Source: an uncultured bacterium
Lineage (GTDB): Bacteria; Actinomycetota; Actinomycetes; S36-B12
Assembly (NCBI GenBank): GCA_963707385.1
Contig: CAVPPK010000006.1
Location: forward strand, 196,102 to 260,101
Length of the DNA stretch: 64,000 bases
Direction of reading: 5' to 3'
Shown: positions 49,936 to 59,248 of the stretch, one piece after another
Numbering within the stretch: the first letter of the stretch is position 1
How the letters are laid out: each line of letters starts with the position of its first letter
The notes under the pieces: model-generated
What the model was told of the DNA's origin: nothing
The model's input: only the letters and a program-made list of their open reading frames with translations
Databases searched by the model: none
Made by a program: the position numbers and the translations under genes

Positions 49936-50872
49936 GCCCTTCGCCGGCTTCGAGGAGCCCTTGCCTGAGGACTTCGGGTGCTTCTCGTGCGCGGCGATGA
50001 CCTCGGCCGCGTAGTCCGGCACGTAGTGGTTGAGCTCGCGCGGCGGGCGCTCGTAACCGGTGGGGCCGGGCCGCTTCGGGAGGTCCAGCGGCGGACGCGT
50101 GGCCGCGAAGTAGGGGATCGAGTCGAGCAGGTGGTGGATCATGTTGAGCCGCGCGCGCCGCTTGTCGTCGCCCTCGACGACGTACCAGGGCGCCTCCGGG
50201 ATGTCGGTGTGCACGAGCATCTCGTCCTTGGCCCGCGAGTAGTCCTCCCAGCGGGTGATGGACTCGAGGTCCATGGGCGAGAGCTTCCACTGCCGCATCG
50301 GGTCCTGCAGCCGTGACTTGAACCGGCGCTCCTGCTCGGCGTCGCTGACGCTGAACCAGTACTTGCGAAGGATGATGCCGTCCTCGACGAGCAGGCGCTC
50401 GAAGATCGGCGTCTGGTGCAGGAACCGGCGGTACTCGTCCGGGGTGCAGAACCCCATGACGCGCTCGACGCCGGCGCGGTTGTACCAGGAGCGGTCGAAC
50501 AGGCGGATCTCGCCGGCGGCCGGCAGCTGCTCGACGTAGCGCTGGAAGTACCACTGCGTCTTCTGCCGGTCGCTGGGCGTGGGAAGGGCGACGATGCTCG
50601 CGACGCGGGGATTGAGGTACTGGGTGACGCGCTTGATCGCCGAGCCCTTGCCGGCGGCGTCGCGGCCCTCGAAGACGATGACCATCTTGCGCGCCCTCGA
50701 GCCGCACCCACTCCTGGAGCTTCACGAGCTCCGCCTGCAGGCGGTACAGCTCCGTCTCGTAGATCGCCTTCGGCACCCGCTCGACAGGCTGGTCCTCGGT
50801 CCGACGGTGCGGGTTCGCGTCATCCTTGTTGGCCACGGGCGCAGTCTTGCACTGCAGCCGTCGCCGAGGCAT
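49918..50872 (-). pseudogene. ppk2: Polyphosphate kinase 2; one +1 break near 50690
   Basis: YETELYRLQAELVKLQEWV | VIVFEGRDAAGKGSAIKRV (Walker A), RQKTQWYFQRY, LFDRSWYNRAGVERVMGF, and the lid region RLQDPMRQWKLSPMD. Confidence 0.9.
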
Positions 50873-50917
50873 GCCGGAACGAGGATTGGCGTCGGACCGG
50901 TCGGATACCGTGCCTCG

Positions 50918-51518
50918 GTGCGCACACTCCGCTGGTCGTCAGGCCGCTGCTCGCCTGCCGTGCTGCTCGCGGCCTGCAGCGCGTCCGCCTAGCGCGGTCG
51001 TCGACGTCCAGCCGTCTGCCAGCGGCCGACTGCGTCGAGTGGCCAGAGTGCGGAGAGCGGCCTCGCGCCGAAGGGCGAGACGGTCAGCGGCCTCGTCGTC
51101 GACCGCGTCGTCGACGGCGACACCGTCAAGCTCGAGCTCGACGGCGACTACGTGTCCGTGCGCACTGATCGGCATCAACACGCCCGGAGACCGTCAAGCC
51201 GGACTCCCCGGTGGAGTGCTTCGGGCCGGAGTCCTCGGACTTCGCGAAGGCGACACTGACCGGTGCGACGAGTGACCTGGAGTTCGACGACTCACAGGGC
51301 GCGCACCGACCAGTACGACCGGACCCTCGCGTACGTGTGGCGCGAGCTCCCGAACGGCTCGCTGCAGCCTGTTCAACCTCGAGTCGATCGCCGGCGGGTA
51401 TGCGTTCGAGCGCCAGTACGGCTCGACGCCGTACGCCTGGAAGGACGAGTTCGCGAAGGCCCAGCGCGAGGCGCAGGGCGCCGACGCCGGCCTGTGGGGA
51501 GCCTGCCCGGACTCCTGA
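50918..51518 (+). pseudogene. Lipoprotein-type SNase/thermonuclease paralogue; about five breaks
   Basis: Lipobox-like AVLLAAC. VVDRVVDGDTVKLELDG, LIGINTPE, ECFGPESSDFAK, DQYDRTLAYVW, SIAGGYAFE, AGLWGAC, read across three frames. Stop TGA 51516-51518. Confidence 0.7.
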
Positions 51519-51607
51519 CACTCCCCGAACACGGCACGCATGGCTGGCTGACGTTGGGTGGGCACCCTTGGGGCGAGCCGAGACACGGCCACGCCTGAGG
51601 AGACACG

Positions 51608-52014
51608 ATGAGCGACACCACCGGCACGCCCGCTGAGGGCACCCCCGACACCACCCCCACCGAGGCACTGCAGCTCGCCGATCAGGAGCCGATCGCGGTG
51701 ACTCCCGCGGCGCCGGCGCCGCCGCAGCGCACGCCTCCGGGCGCAGCCACACCCGCACGATCCTCGAGGTCATCGGCGGCGTGGTCGCGGCGGGCCTCAT
51801 CGTCGCGGCCGGCGCAGTCGGCTTCGCCGTCGGACACGCGACCGGTGACGACGACGGCGGCCGGTGGAGCATGACCTCCGACTCGCGCGGTCCGGGGGAC
51901 GGCCCGGATGCCGGTGCCCGGATGCCGGGTCATGGTCGCGACGGCCAGGGTCAGCAGCCCGGTGGAGGCTTCGGCCACCACGACGGTGACGGCGACGGGT
52001 TCATGGGCCGATGA
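51608..52014 (+). pseudogene. Hypothetical membrane-anchored Gly/Asp/His-rich protein; one net -1 break near 51740
   Basis: ATG 51608 follows SD GAGGAG. It has a Pro/Thr-rich N-terminus and one TM helix (ILEVIGGVVAAGLIVAAGAVGFAVG). The tail is GDDDGG...GHGRDGQGQQPGGGFGHHDGDGDGFMGR. Confidence 0.4.
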
Positions 52015-52052
52015 CGGCGACCGGGGCAGGACGGCACGACCGCGCCGCAGGG

Positions 52053-52265
52053 CTAGGAACGGCCCCGCACCACGAGTTGATCGAGCAGGTCCGCGGTGGC
52101 GGCTGCCACCCGGTCGACGGCCTCCTCGAAGGCGGCCGCGTTGTGGGGCGCCGGCGCCCGGAACCCGCTGATCTTCCGCACGTACTGGAGGGCGGCGGCC
52201 CGGACGTCGTCGTCGCCCGCGTCCTCGACGTAGGGCGGGCGCAGTGTCTTGATGCTTCGGCACAT
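52053..52265 (-). CDS. DUF2277-like small protein
   Basis: Intact 70-aa ORF starting MCRSIKTLRPP...DVRAAALQYVRKISGF, the pattern I associate with DUF2277. Confidence 0.6.
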   Translation of the reverse strand: MCRSIKTLRPPYVEDAGDDDVRAAALQYVRKISGFRAPAPHNAAAFEEAVDRVAAATADLLDQLVVRGRS

Positions 52266-52404
52266 GCGAACACCGTACGTCGCCTGTCCAGACTGTGACC
52301 TCGCTCAACCCGAGAGCCGGAATGCCCAGCCCGGGAACGTCGTTGAACTATCCAACGTCGAAATACCTGCGGCCGCACCAGCGGCTCCGGTCGAGGAGGA
52401 CCAG

Positions 52405-52917
52405 ATGGGCGTCATTGGTGGGGCGGCAGCTGTCGCCGGAGCAGTGCGGGCCAGTCGTGGACGTCATCCCCTGGGCCAGCGGATCGCCGCGGTGCTGCCG
52501 ATGGTGCGCGACACGCTGAGGGGCCGTTGGGCCGGGGCTCCGAAGGGTCGCGTGCTGGGTGGCCTCGCCGGACTCGCGTACGTCATCTCGCCGCTCGACT
52601 TCATCCCTGAGGTGCTGCTGGGCCCGTTCGGCCTGGGCGACGACCTCGCCATTGCCGCCGTGTCCGTGGCAGCCCTGCTCTCCTCGGCCGAGGACTGGCT
52701 CGACGCGCGCGACGCGGCCGCGGCCATGGGCCCGACGGCCACCGCGGGCGCGAGCACGCGTGCGACCCAGGGCGACGTGATCCAGGGCGTCGTCGTCGAG
52801 CGGCCGTCGTCCCAGCTCACCGCTCGGCAAGGTCGTTACGTGAGGTCGTCGAGGCGACGCTGCAGCTTGCGCATCGCGTGCAGCCATCGGTCGGTGCTGG
52901 TCGCGCGGTTGACGTAG
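52405..52917 (+). CDS. DUF1232 (YkvA-like) membrane protein; 3' end uncertain
   Basis: LAYVISPLDFIPEVLLGPFGLGDDLAI is the DUF1232 core. The ORF runs 82 nt into the convergent SDR gene. An alternative stop at TGA 52841-52843 would need one undetected frame break. Confidence 0.6.
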   Translation: MGVIGGAAAVAGAVRASRGRHPLGQRIAAVLPMVRDTLRGRWAGAPKGRVLGGLAGLAYVISPLDFIPEVLLGPFGLGDDLAIAAVSVAALLSSAEDWLDARDAAAAMGPTATAGASTRATQGDVIQGVVVERPSSQLTARQGRYVRSSRRRCSLRIACSHRSVLVARLT

Positions 52918-53603
52918 TACTCCGCGACCTCGGGGTGGGGGAGGATCAGGAAGCGGTCGTCCTGCAGGCCCGCCCACACCGCGTCGGCCACGTCCTCCGG
53001 CTCCAGCGCAGCATCGCGGATGAGCACGTCGGCGATCGGGCCCGCCTCCTCGAGCATGCGGGTGCGCACCCCCTGCGGGCAGATGGCCTGGACCACGATG
53101 CCGCGGTGACCGTACGTGGCGGACAGCCACTCGGCGAAGGCCACGGCCGCGTGCTTGCTCACTGCGTACGGCGCGCTTCCCAGCATGGTGAGCAGGCCGG
53201 CCGCCGACGCTGTCACGACGAACCGGCCCGAGCCGCGGTCGAGCCACTCCGGCACCAGCAGCCGCGCGGCCCGCACGTGCGCCATGACGTTGACGTCGAG
53301 TGACCGCTGCCAGTCCGCCTCGGATGCCTGCAGGCCGGACGCGACCTCGATGCCGGCATTGGCGAAGTACACGTCGATCGATCCGAGGCTCGATCGGGCG
53401 GCCGCCACGAGGCTCTCGACCCCGGCTTCGCTCGCCGCGTCACCGGGGACGGCGGTCCCCCCGATCTCCGTGGCGACCCGGGCAGCAGCGTCTGCATCGA
53501 GATCGTTGACGACCACCCGCGCGCCCTCGGCGGCCAGCCTGCGGGCGATGGCCCGTCCGATGCCGTGCCCCGCGCCCGTGACCACCACGCCCTGACTAGT
53601 CAT
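52836..53603 (-). CDS. SDR-family oxidoreductase
   Basis: Intact 255-aa ORF with VTGAGHGIGRA, NAG and YAVSKHA (YxxxK). Confidence 0.9.
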   Translation of the reverse strand: MTSQGVVVTGAGHGIGRAIARRLAAEGARVVVNDLDADAAARVATEIGGTAVPGDAASEAGVESLVAAARSSLGSIDVYFANAGIEVASGLQASEADWQRSLDVNVMAHVRAARLLVPEWLDRGSGRFVVTASAAGLLTMLGSAPYAVSKHAAVAFAEWLSATYGHRGIVVQAICPQGVRTRMLEEAGPIADVLIRDAALEPEDVADAVWAGLQDDRFLILPHPEVAEYYVNRATSTDRWLHAMRKLQRRLDDLT

Positions 53604-53631
53604 CGTGCCGTTATACCGGCATACGAGTCCG

Positions 53632-54652
53632 TCAGATGCTGATCGCGACCTTTCCCCGGACCAGTCCCGCCTCGAGCCGGCGCATCGCGTCTGCCGCGTC
53701 GTCGAGCGCGAACACGCTGTCGACCGCGGGCGTGACCTGCCCGGCGTCGATGAGGGTCCTCAGCTCGTCCAGGTCGACGCCCGTCTCCTTGGCCATGACC
53801 ATGACAAGCCGCTTGCGGGAGAACAGCGACAGCGCCATCGCGCGGATCGGACGGCCGAGGAAGCCGCCGGTCCACGTGCCTCCGTTCTCGCCGCCGACAA
53901 GGGCGACGGTGCCGCGGGGGTTGAGCGCTCGCGCGAGTCGCCGCACCCCCGTGCTGCCGTTGATGTCGATGATCACGTCCCACCGCTCGTCACGGTCGGC
54001 GAAGTGCTCCTGGGTGTAGTCGATGACGTGGGCGGCACCGAGCGAGCGGACGAGGTCGATCTTCGAGGTGCTGCACACGCCGGTCACCTCGGCGCCGAGC
54101 GCCGTGGCGATCTGCACCGCGTAGGTGCCGACGCCGCCGGACGCGCCGGTGACCAGCACCCGCTGCCCGGGCTGAACGCGTCCAACGTCGCGCACGGCCT
54201 GCAGGGCGGTGAGACCGGACACCGGAACCACCGCGGCCTGCTCGAAGGTGAGGGTGGACGGCTTGCGGGCAAGCTTGGTCTCCTTGGCCACGGCGAACTC
54301 GGCGAACGATCCCGCGCCGATCCCGAAGACCTCGTCGCCGGGGGCGAACCGGGTGACACCAGCACCCACCGACTCCACGGTGCCCGCGAGGTCGAGGCCG
54401 GGAACGCGTCGCTTCGGCGATGCGCAGCCCGGTCATGAGGCGCGCCATGCGCGGCAGGCCGGTCATCAGGTGCCAGGTGCCCCGGTCCAGCCCCGCGGCT
54501 CGGACTCGCACGAGCACCTCGTCGGGGCCGGGGACCGGCACGTCGAGCCGGCCGGGCCGCAGGACGTCGGCGGCGCCGTAGGCCTCCTGGACGATGGCGC
54601 GCATGCTCGACGTGGCGTGGCTACCGGGCTGCTGCTGGTCGATCGCGTGCAT
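53632..54652 (-). pseudogene. Zinc-type/quinone-oxidoreductase-like medium-chain dehydrogenase (MDR); one +1 break near 54410
   Basis: ...PGPDEVLVRVRAAGL..., GLDLAGTVESVGAGVTRFAPGDEV, Rossmann VTGASGGVGTYAVQIA, and the C-terminal GKVAISI. Confidence 0.85.
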
Positions 54653-54672
54653 CGTGACTCTCTCCCTGTGAT

Positions 54673-54705
54673 TACCTTACTAAGTATGGTGTACTTAGTA
54701 AGGTA
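54673..54705. promoter_or_regulatory. Perfect 14+14-nt inverted repeat (5-nt spacer), candidate TetR operator in the divergent MDR/TetR intergenic region
   Basis: TACCTTACTAAGTA-TGGTG-TACTTAGTAAGGTA read directly. It lies 20 nt from the MDR start (54652) and about 30 nt from the TetR start, and it is an AT-rich island in GC-rich DNA. Confidence 0.65.
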
Positions 54706-54734
54706 GCGGGTAGGATGCAGGCTGTCAACCGGCG

Positions 54735-55405
54735 ATGAGAGGCAGGAACGTGAGCGAGGCGGTGCGGGAGCGGACGCCGCTCAGTCGCGAGCGCGTGCTG
54801 GACGCGGCCGTCGCGATCGCGGACGCACACGGCCTGGCCGGACTGACCATGCGCTCGCTCGCCCGCGAACTGGCCGTCCAGCCGATGTCGCTGTACCACC
54901 ACGTCGCCAACAAGGAGGAGATCATCGACGGCGTCGTCGACGTGGTCTTCGCCCAGATCCGCTTCCCCGCGGACGACCTCGACTGGAAGCGGGCGATGCG
55001 GAGCGCGCCGCGTCCGCCCGAGCGGTGTTCCGTCAGCACCCGTGGGCCATCGGCCTGGTGGAGACGCGCACGTCGCCGGGGCTGGCCACGCTGCAGCACC
55101 ACGACGCCGTCATCGGCAACCTGCGCCGCGCCGGCTTCTCGGTCCCGATGGCCGCGCATGCCTTCGCCCTGCTCGACTCGTACACCTTCGGCTTCGCGCT
55201 GCAGGAGGCGAGCCTGCCGTTCGACGGCGACAACGTCGCCGAGGTGGCCAGCGCCATGATCGACCAGTTCCCGAGCGACCTGTTCCCGCACCTCGCCGAG
55301 ATGGCCGCCGAGCACGTCATGCAGCCCGGCTACGACTTCGGCGACGAGTTCGCCTACGGCCTCGAGCTGATCCTCGACGGTCTCGAGCGGGCGCGGGAGC
55401 CGTAG
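54735..55405 (+). pseudogene. TetR-family transcriptional regulator (TetR(D)-like C-terminal domain); one net -1 break near 55000
   Basis: [30 protein letters not shown]. The C-terminal part is [17 protein letters not shown]...[13 protein letters not shown]. The start is ATG 54735 or GTG 54750. Confidence 0.85.
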
Positions 55406-55408
55406 CCC

Positions 55409-55431
55409 CACCTGCACATCACTTGCAGGTG
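55409..55431 (+). terminator. Hairpin CACCTGCA-N7-TGCAGGTG 4 nt after the TetR stop
   Basis: 8-bp perfect stem read directly, with no U-tract. The function is inferred from position only. Confidence 0.35.
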
Positions 55432-55664
55432 CCGGACCGGTTGTCCGTGCCCATCGCCGGCCGCCGATACCTTCTCCCGCATGCGCGCAACGACAGTCCT
55501 GCTCACCCGACGGGTGCACCTGGACTTCATGCGCATGTCGTCGATGACCTGTCTGTAGTCATCGCCTCGGGGGCCCGCTCGGCCCCACCCCTCGCCGCTG
55601 TTCCTGCCCGACGCGCGACTGCGCCGGTGGCCCCGCATTCCGGCATCCACGAGACAGGACCACC

Positions 55665-57332
55665 ATGACGACCACCCCGACCGCACCCGTCAAGCCCCAG
55701 GGGCAGTGGGCCGTCGACGGCCGTGCGCCCCTCAACGCCAACGAGGTGCTGAAGCAGGAGGACGACGGGCTCAACGTCCGCGAGCGCATCGAGAACGTGT
55801 ACGCCAAGGGAGGCTTCGCCTCCATCCCGCGCGAGGACCTCACCGGACGCATGCGGTGGTGGGGCCTGTACACGCAGCGCAAGCCCGGCATCGACGGCGG
55901 CAAGACGGCGACGCTCGAGCCCGAGGAGCTCGAGGACGAGTTCTTCATGATGCGCGTGCGCTCCGACGGCGGCCGGCTGACGCTCGAGCAGTTGCGCACC
56001 ATCGCGACGATCTCCACCGAGTTCGGGCGCGACACCGCGGACATCTCGGACCGCCAGAACATCCAGCTGCACTGGATCCGCATCGAGGACGTGCCGGAGA
56101 TCTGGCGTCGGCTCGAGTCGGTGGGCCTGTCGACCGCTGAGGCCTGCGGCGACGTGCCCCGCGTCATCCTGGGCTCGCCCGTGGCCGGCGTCGCGATCGA
56201 CGAGATCATCGACGGCACGCCCGCCATCGACGAGATCCTCAGTCGCCACCTGCTCGATCCGCAGTTCTCCAACCTGCCGCGCAAGTTCAAGTCGGCGATC
56301 AGCGGATCGCCCAAGCTCGACGTCGCGCACGAGATCAACGACATCTCCTTCGTGGGCGTCATCCATCCCGAGCACGGTCCGGGCTTCGACCTGTGGGTCG
56401 GCGGCGGGCTGTCGACGAACCCGCATCTCGCCGTGCGGCTCGGCGCGTGGGTGCCACTCGAGGAGGTGGCGGACGTGTGGGCCGGCGTCATCTCGATCTT
56501 CCGCGACTACGGCTACCGGCGCCTGCGCACCAAGGCGCGCCTGAAGTTCCTCGTGAAGGACTGGGGCGCAGCCCGCTTCCGCCAGGTGCTCGAGGACGAG
56601 TACCTGCACCGCCCGCTCCTCGACGGCCCGGCCCCCGAGGCGCCGGCCAACGGCCGCCGCGACCACGTCGGCATCCACCTCCAGCGTGACGGTCACCTCT
56701 ACGTCGGGGCCGCCCCGACGGTGGGCCGGCTCTCCGGCACGCGGCTCACGGCACTGGCCGACCTCGCGGAGGCGGCCGGATCGGGGCGCGTGGCGCTGAC
56801 CGCCGAGCAGAAGGTCGTCGTGCTCGACGTCCACCCGACCGAGCTCGACGCGCTGGTCGACGGGCTCGAGGCCATCGGGCTGCGGGTCGAGCAGCCGTCT
56901 CCCTTCCGCCGCAACACGATGGCGTGCACGGGAGTGGAGTACTGCAAGCTGGCGATCGTCGAGACCAAGGCCCGCGCCGCCGACCTCATCGACCAGCTCG
57001 AGGCGCGGCTGCCGGAGTACAACCTGCCGCTGGCCGTGCACGTCAACGGCTGCCCCAACTCGTGCGCACGCATCCAGGTGGCCGACATCGGGCTGAAGGG
57101 CATCCGGGCGCTCGACGCCGACGGCAACGACGTGGAGGGCTTCCAGGTCCACCTGGGCGGCAGCCTCGGCGACGCGGCCGGCTTCGGCCGGACGGTCAAG
57201 GGCCTGCGCCTGCCCGCCGACGACCTGCCGGACTACGTCGAGCGGCTGCTGCGCACCTACGTCGAGGAGCACGAGGACGGCGAGTCGTTCAGCGAGTGGG
57301 CCGTCCGCGCGGACGACTCGGTGCTGTCATGA
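55665..57332 (+). CDS. sirA: Ferredoxin-dependent sulfite reductase (NirA/SirA type)
   Basis: Intact 555-aa ORF. It has two nitrite/sulfite-reductase ferredoxin-like half-domains, and the siroheme/4Fe-4S cysteine cluster contexts TMACTGVEYCKLA and VNGCPNSCAR. Confidence 0.93.
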   Translation: MTTTPTAPVKPQGQWAVDGRAPLNANEVLKQEDDGLNVRERIENVYAKGGFASIPREDLTGRMRWWGLYTQRKPGIDGGKTATLEPEELEDEFFMMRVRSDGGRLTLEQLRTIATISTEFGRDTADISDRQNIQLHWIRIEDVPEIWRRLESVGLSTAEACGDVPRVILGSPVAGVAIDEIIDGTPAIDEILSRHLLDPQFSNLPRKFKSAISGSPKLDVAHEINDISFVGVIHPEHGPGFDLWVGGGLSTNPHLAVRLGAWVPLEEVADVWAGVISIFRDYGYRRLRTKARLKFLVKDWGAARFRQVLEDEYLHRPLLDGPAPEAPANGRRDHVGIHLQRDGHLYVGAAPTVGRLSGTRLTALADLAEAAGSGRVALTAEQKVVVLDVHPTELDALVDGLEAIGLRVEQPSPFRRNTMACTGVEYCKLAIVETKARAADLIDQLEARLPEYNLPLAVHVNGCPNSCARIQVADIGLKGIRALDADGNDVEGFQVHLGGSLGDAAGFGRTVKGLRLPADDLPDYVERLLRTYVEEHEDGESFSEWAVRADDSVLS

Positions 57333-58049
57333 GCCACAAGCCCTCCGCGGACGTGCGCTACAGCGCCGATGAGCTGCGCGTGCTCGCGCGGGTGGCGAGC
57401 CACGACCTCGTCGGCTCCAAGGCGGAGGACATCATCCGCTGGGCATCGGAGACGTTCGGCGACCACGTGCTGATCAGCCAGTCGATGGCCAACACCGCCC
57501 TCGCTCACCTCGTCCACCGCTACGCGCCCGAGATCCCCGCGGTCTTCCTCGACACCGGGATACCACTTCGAGGAGACCCTGGCCACGCGCGACGACCTCG
57601 AGCGGCGCACCGGCCTGACGATCCTGAGCGTCACGCCGCGTCAGACGGTCGCCGAGCAGGACGCGCAGTACGGCCCCGACCTGTGGAGCCGGGACCCCGA
57701 CCTGTGCTGCAAGCTGCGCAAGGTCGAGCCGATGGAGGAGATGCTGCTCGGCTTCGACGCGTGGATCAGCGGCATGCGCAAGGCCGCCGCGCCGCACCGC
57801 GAGAGCGTCCCGATCGCGTCGTTCGACGAGCGCCGCGGCGTGCTGAAGGTCAATCCCCTGCTGGACTGGTCGGACGACGACCTCCTGCGCTACACGCTCG
57901 AGAACGACGTCCCCGTCAATCCCCTGATGTACCAGGGCTACCCGTCGATCGGCTGCGCGCCGTGCACCCACGCGGTCTCGGAGGGCGAGGACCCGCGGGC
58001 CGGCCGGTGGCGCGGCCTCGGCAAGGTCGAGTGCGGACTGCACGCATGA
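57329..58049 (+). pseudogene. cysH: Phosphoadenosine/adenosine-5'-phosphosulfate reductase; one +1 break near 57557
   Basis: VFLDTG|YHFEET, CCKLRKVEP, the C-terminal Fe-S/redox motif SIGCAPCT, and the terminal ECGLH. Confidence 0.9.
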
Positions 58050-59248
58050 CGTATCCCCTTCACCTCGACCTCGCCGGCAAGCGGGTCGTCGTCGTCGGCG
58101 CGGGCCGCGTGGCGACGCGACGGATCGCGACGCTGCTGGAGGCCGGTGCCGACGTCACGGTGGTCGCTCCTGACGCGACCCCGGTGGTCGCGGACCTCGC
58201 CGAAGCGGGGCGCGTGACGTGGCACCGCCGCGCGTTCGCGCACAGCGACGTCGCCCGTGCCTGGCTCGTGCATGCCGCCACCGACGTCGCTGCCGTCAAC
58301 CAGCTGGTCGTCGAGGAGGCGCAGCGACGCCAGGTCTGGACGGTGCGCGCCGACGACGCGAGTGCCACGGATGCCCGCACCCCGGCGGTCGCCGAGGTGG
58401 CCGGCGTGGTGGTCTCCGTGACGTCCGGCGACCCGCGGCGCAGCACCGAGCTGCGCGACGGGATCCGCGCGCAGCTCCTCGACGGCGGTCTTGCCGCCCG
58501 CGCGCGGCGTGCCCGCACGCGTGGCAGCGTCGTCCTCATCGGCGGCGGCCCCGGTGATGCGGACCTCATCACCGTGCGCGGCAGGCGCGAGCTGCTCGAC
58601 GCCGACGTCATCGTCTACGACCGGCTGGCCCCGACCTCGCTGCTCGAGCTCGTCGACTCCGACGTCGAGCTGATCGATGCGGGCAAGAGCCCGGGCCGTC
58701 ACGCCCTCACCCAGGAGCAGATCAACGAGGTCATCGTCGACCGCGCGCTGGCGGGTCACCGCGTCGCGCGCCTCAAGGGCGGCGATCCGTTCGTCCTCGG
58801 ACGCGGCTCCGAGGAGGTGCTCGCCTGCGCGGACGCCGGCGTGCCGGTCGAGGTCATCCCGGGCATCAGCAGCTCCATCGCGGCCCCTGCGGCGGCCGGG
58901 ATCCCCGTCACGCACCGCGGGCTGAGCACCGGCTTCGTCGTGGTCAGCGGCCATGTGGTCGAGGACCTGTCGGCCGTGGCAGCCACCGGGCTGACCGTGG
59001 TGGTCCTCATGGGCGTGGCAACGCTGCCGCGCCTGGTCGAGGAGTTCGTCGCGGCGGGCCGCGCGGCCACCACGCCGGTGGCCGTCATCCACCGCGCCTT
59101 CGATCCGCAGCAGCGGGTGGTGATCGGCACGCTCGCCGACATCCAGCAGCAGGTGGTGGCGGCGGCCATCACCAATCCGTCGGTCATCGTCATCGGCGAC
59201 GTCGTCGGTGTCGTTCCGCAGGTGGCCGCCGAGGTGCTCGCGTCATGA
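58046..59248 (+). CDS. cysG: Siroheme-synthase-type fusion: precorrin-2 dehydrogenase (SirC-like) N-domain + uroporphyrinogen-III C-methyltransferase (CobA/SUMT)
   Basis: Intact 400-aa ORF. N-terminal Rossmann VVVVGAGRVATRR. The SUMT part has LIGGGPGDADLITVRG, VIVYDRL, RLKGGDPFVLGRG and IPGISS. Confidence 0.9.
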   Translation: MTYPLHLDLAGKRVVVVGAGRVATRRIATLLEAGADVTVVAPDATPVVADLAEAGRVTWHRRAFAHSDVARAWLVHAATDVAAVNQLVVEEAQRRQVWTVRADDASATDARTPAVAEVAGVVVSVTSGDPRRSTELRDGIRAQLLDGGLAARARRARTRGSVVLIGGGPGDADLITVRGRRELLDADVIVYDRLAPTSLLELVDSDVELIDAGKSPGRHALTQEQINEVIVDRALAGHRVARLKGGDPFVLGRGSEEVLACADAGVPVEVIPGISSSIAAPAAAGIPVTHRGLSTGFVVVSGHVVEDLSAVAATGLTVVVLMGVATLPRLVEEFVAAGRAATTPVAVIHRAFDPQQRVVIGTLADIQQQVVAAAITNPSVIVIGDVVGVVPQVAAEVLAS

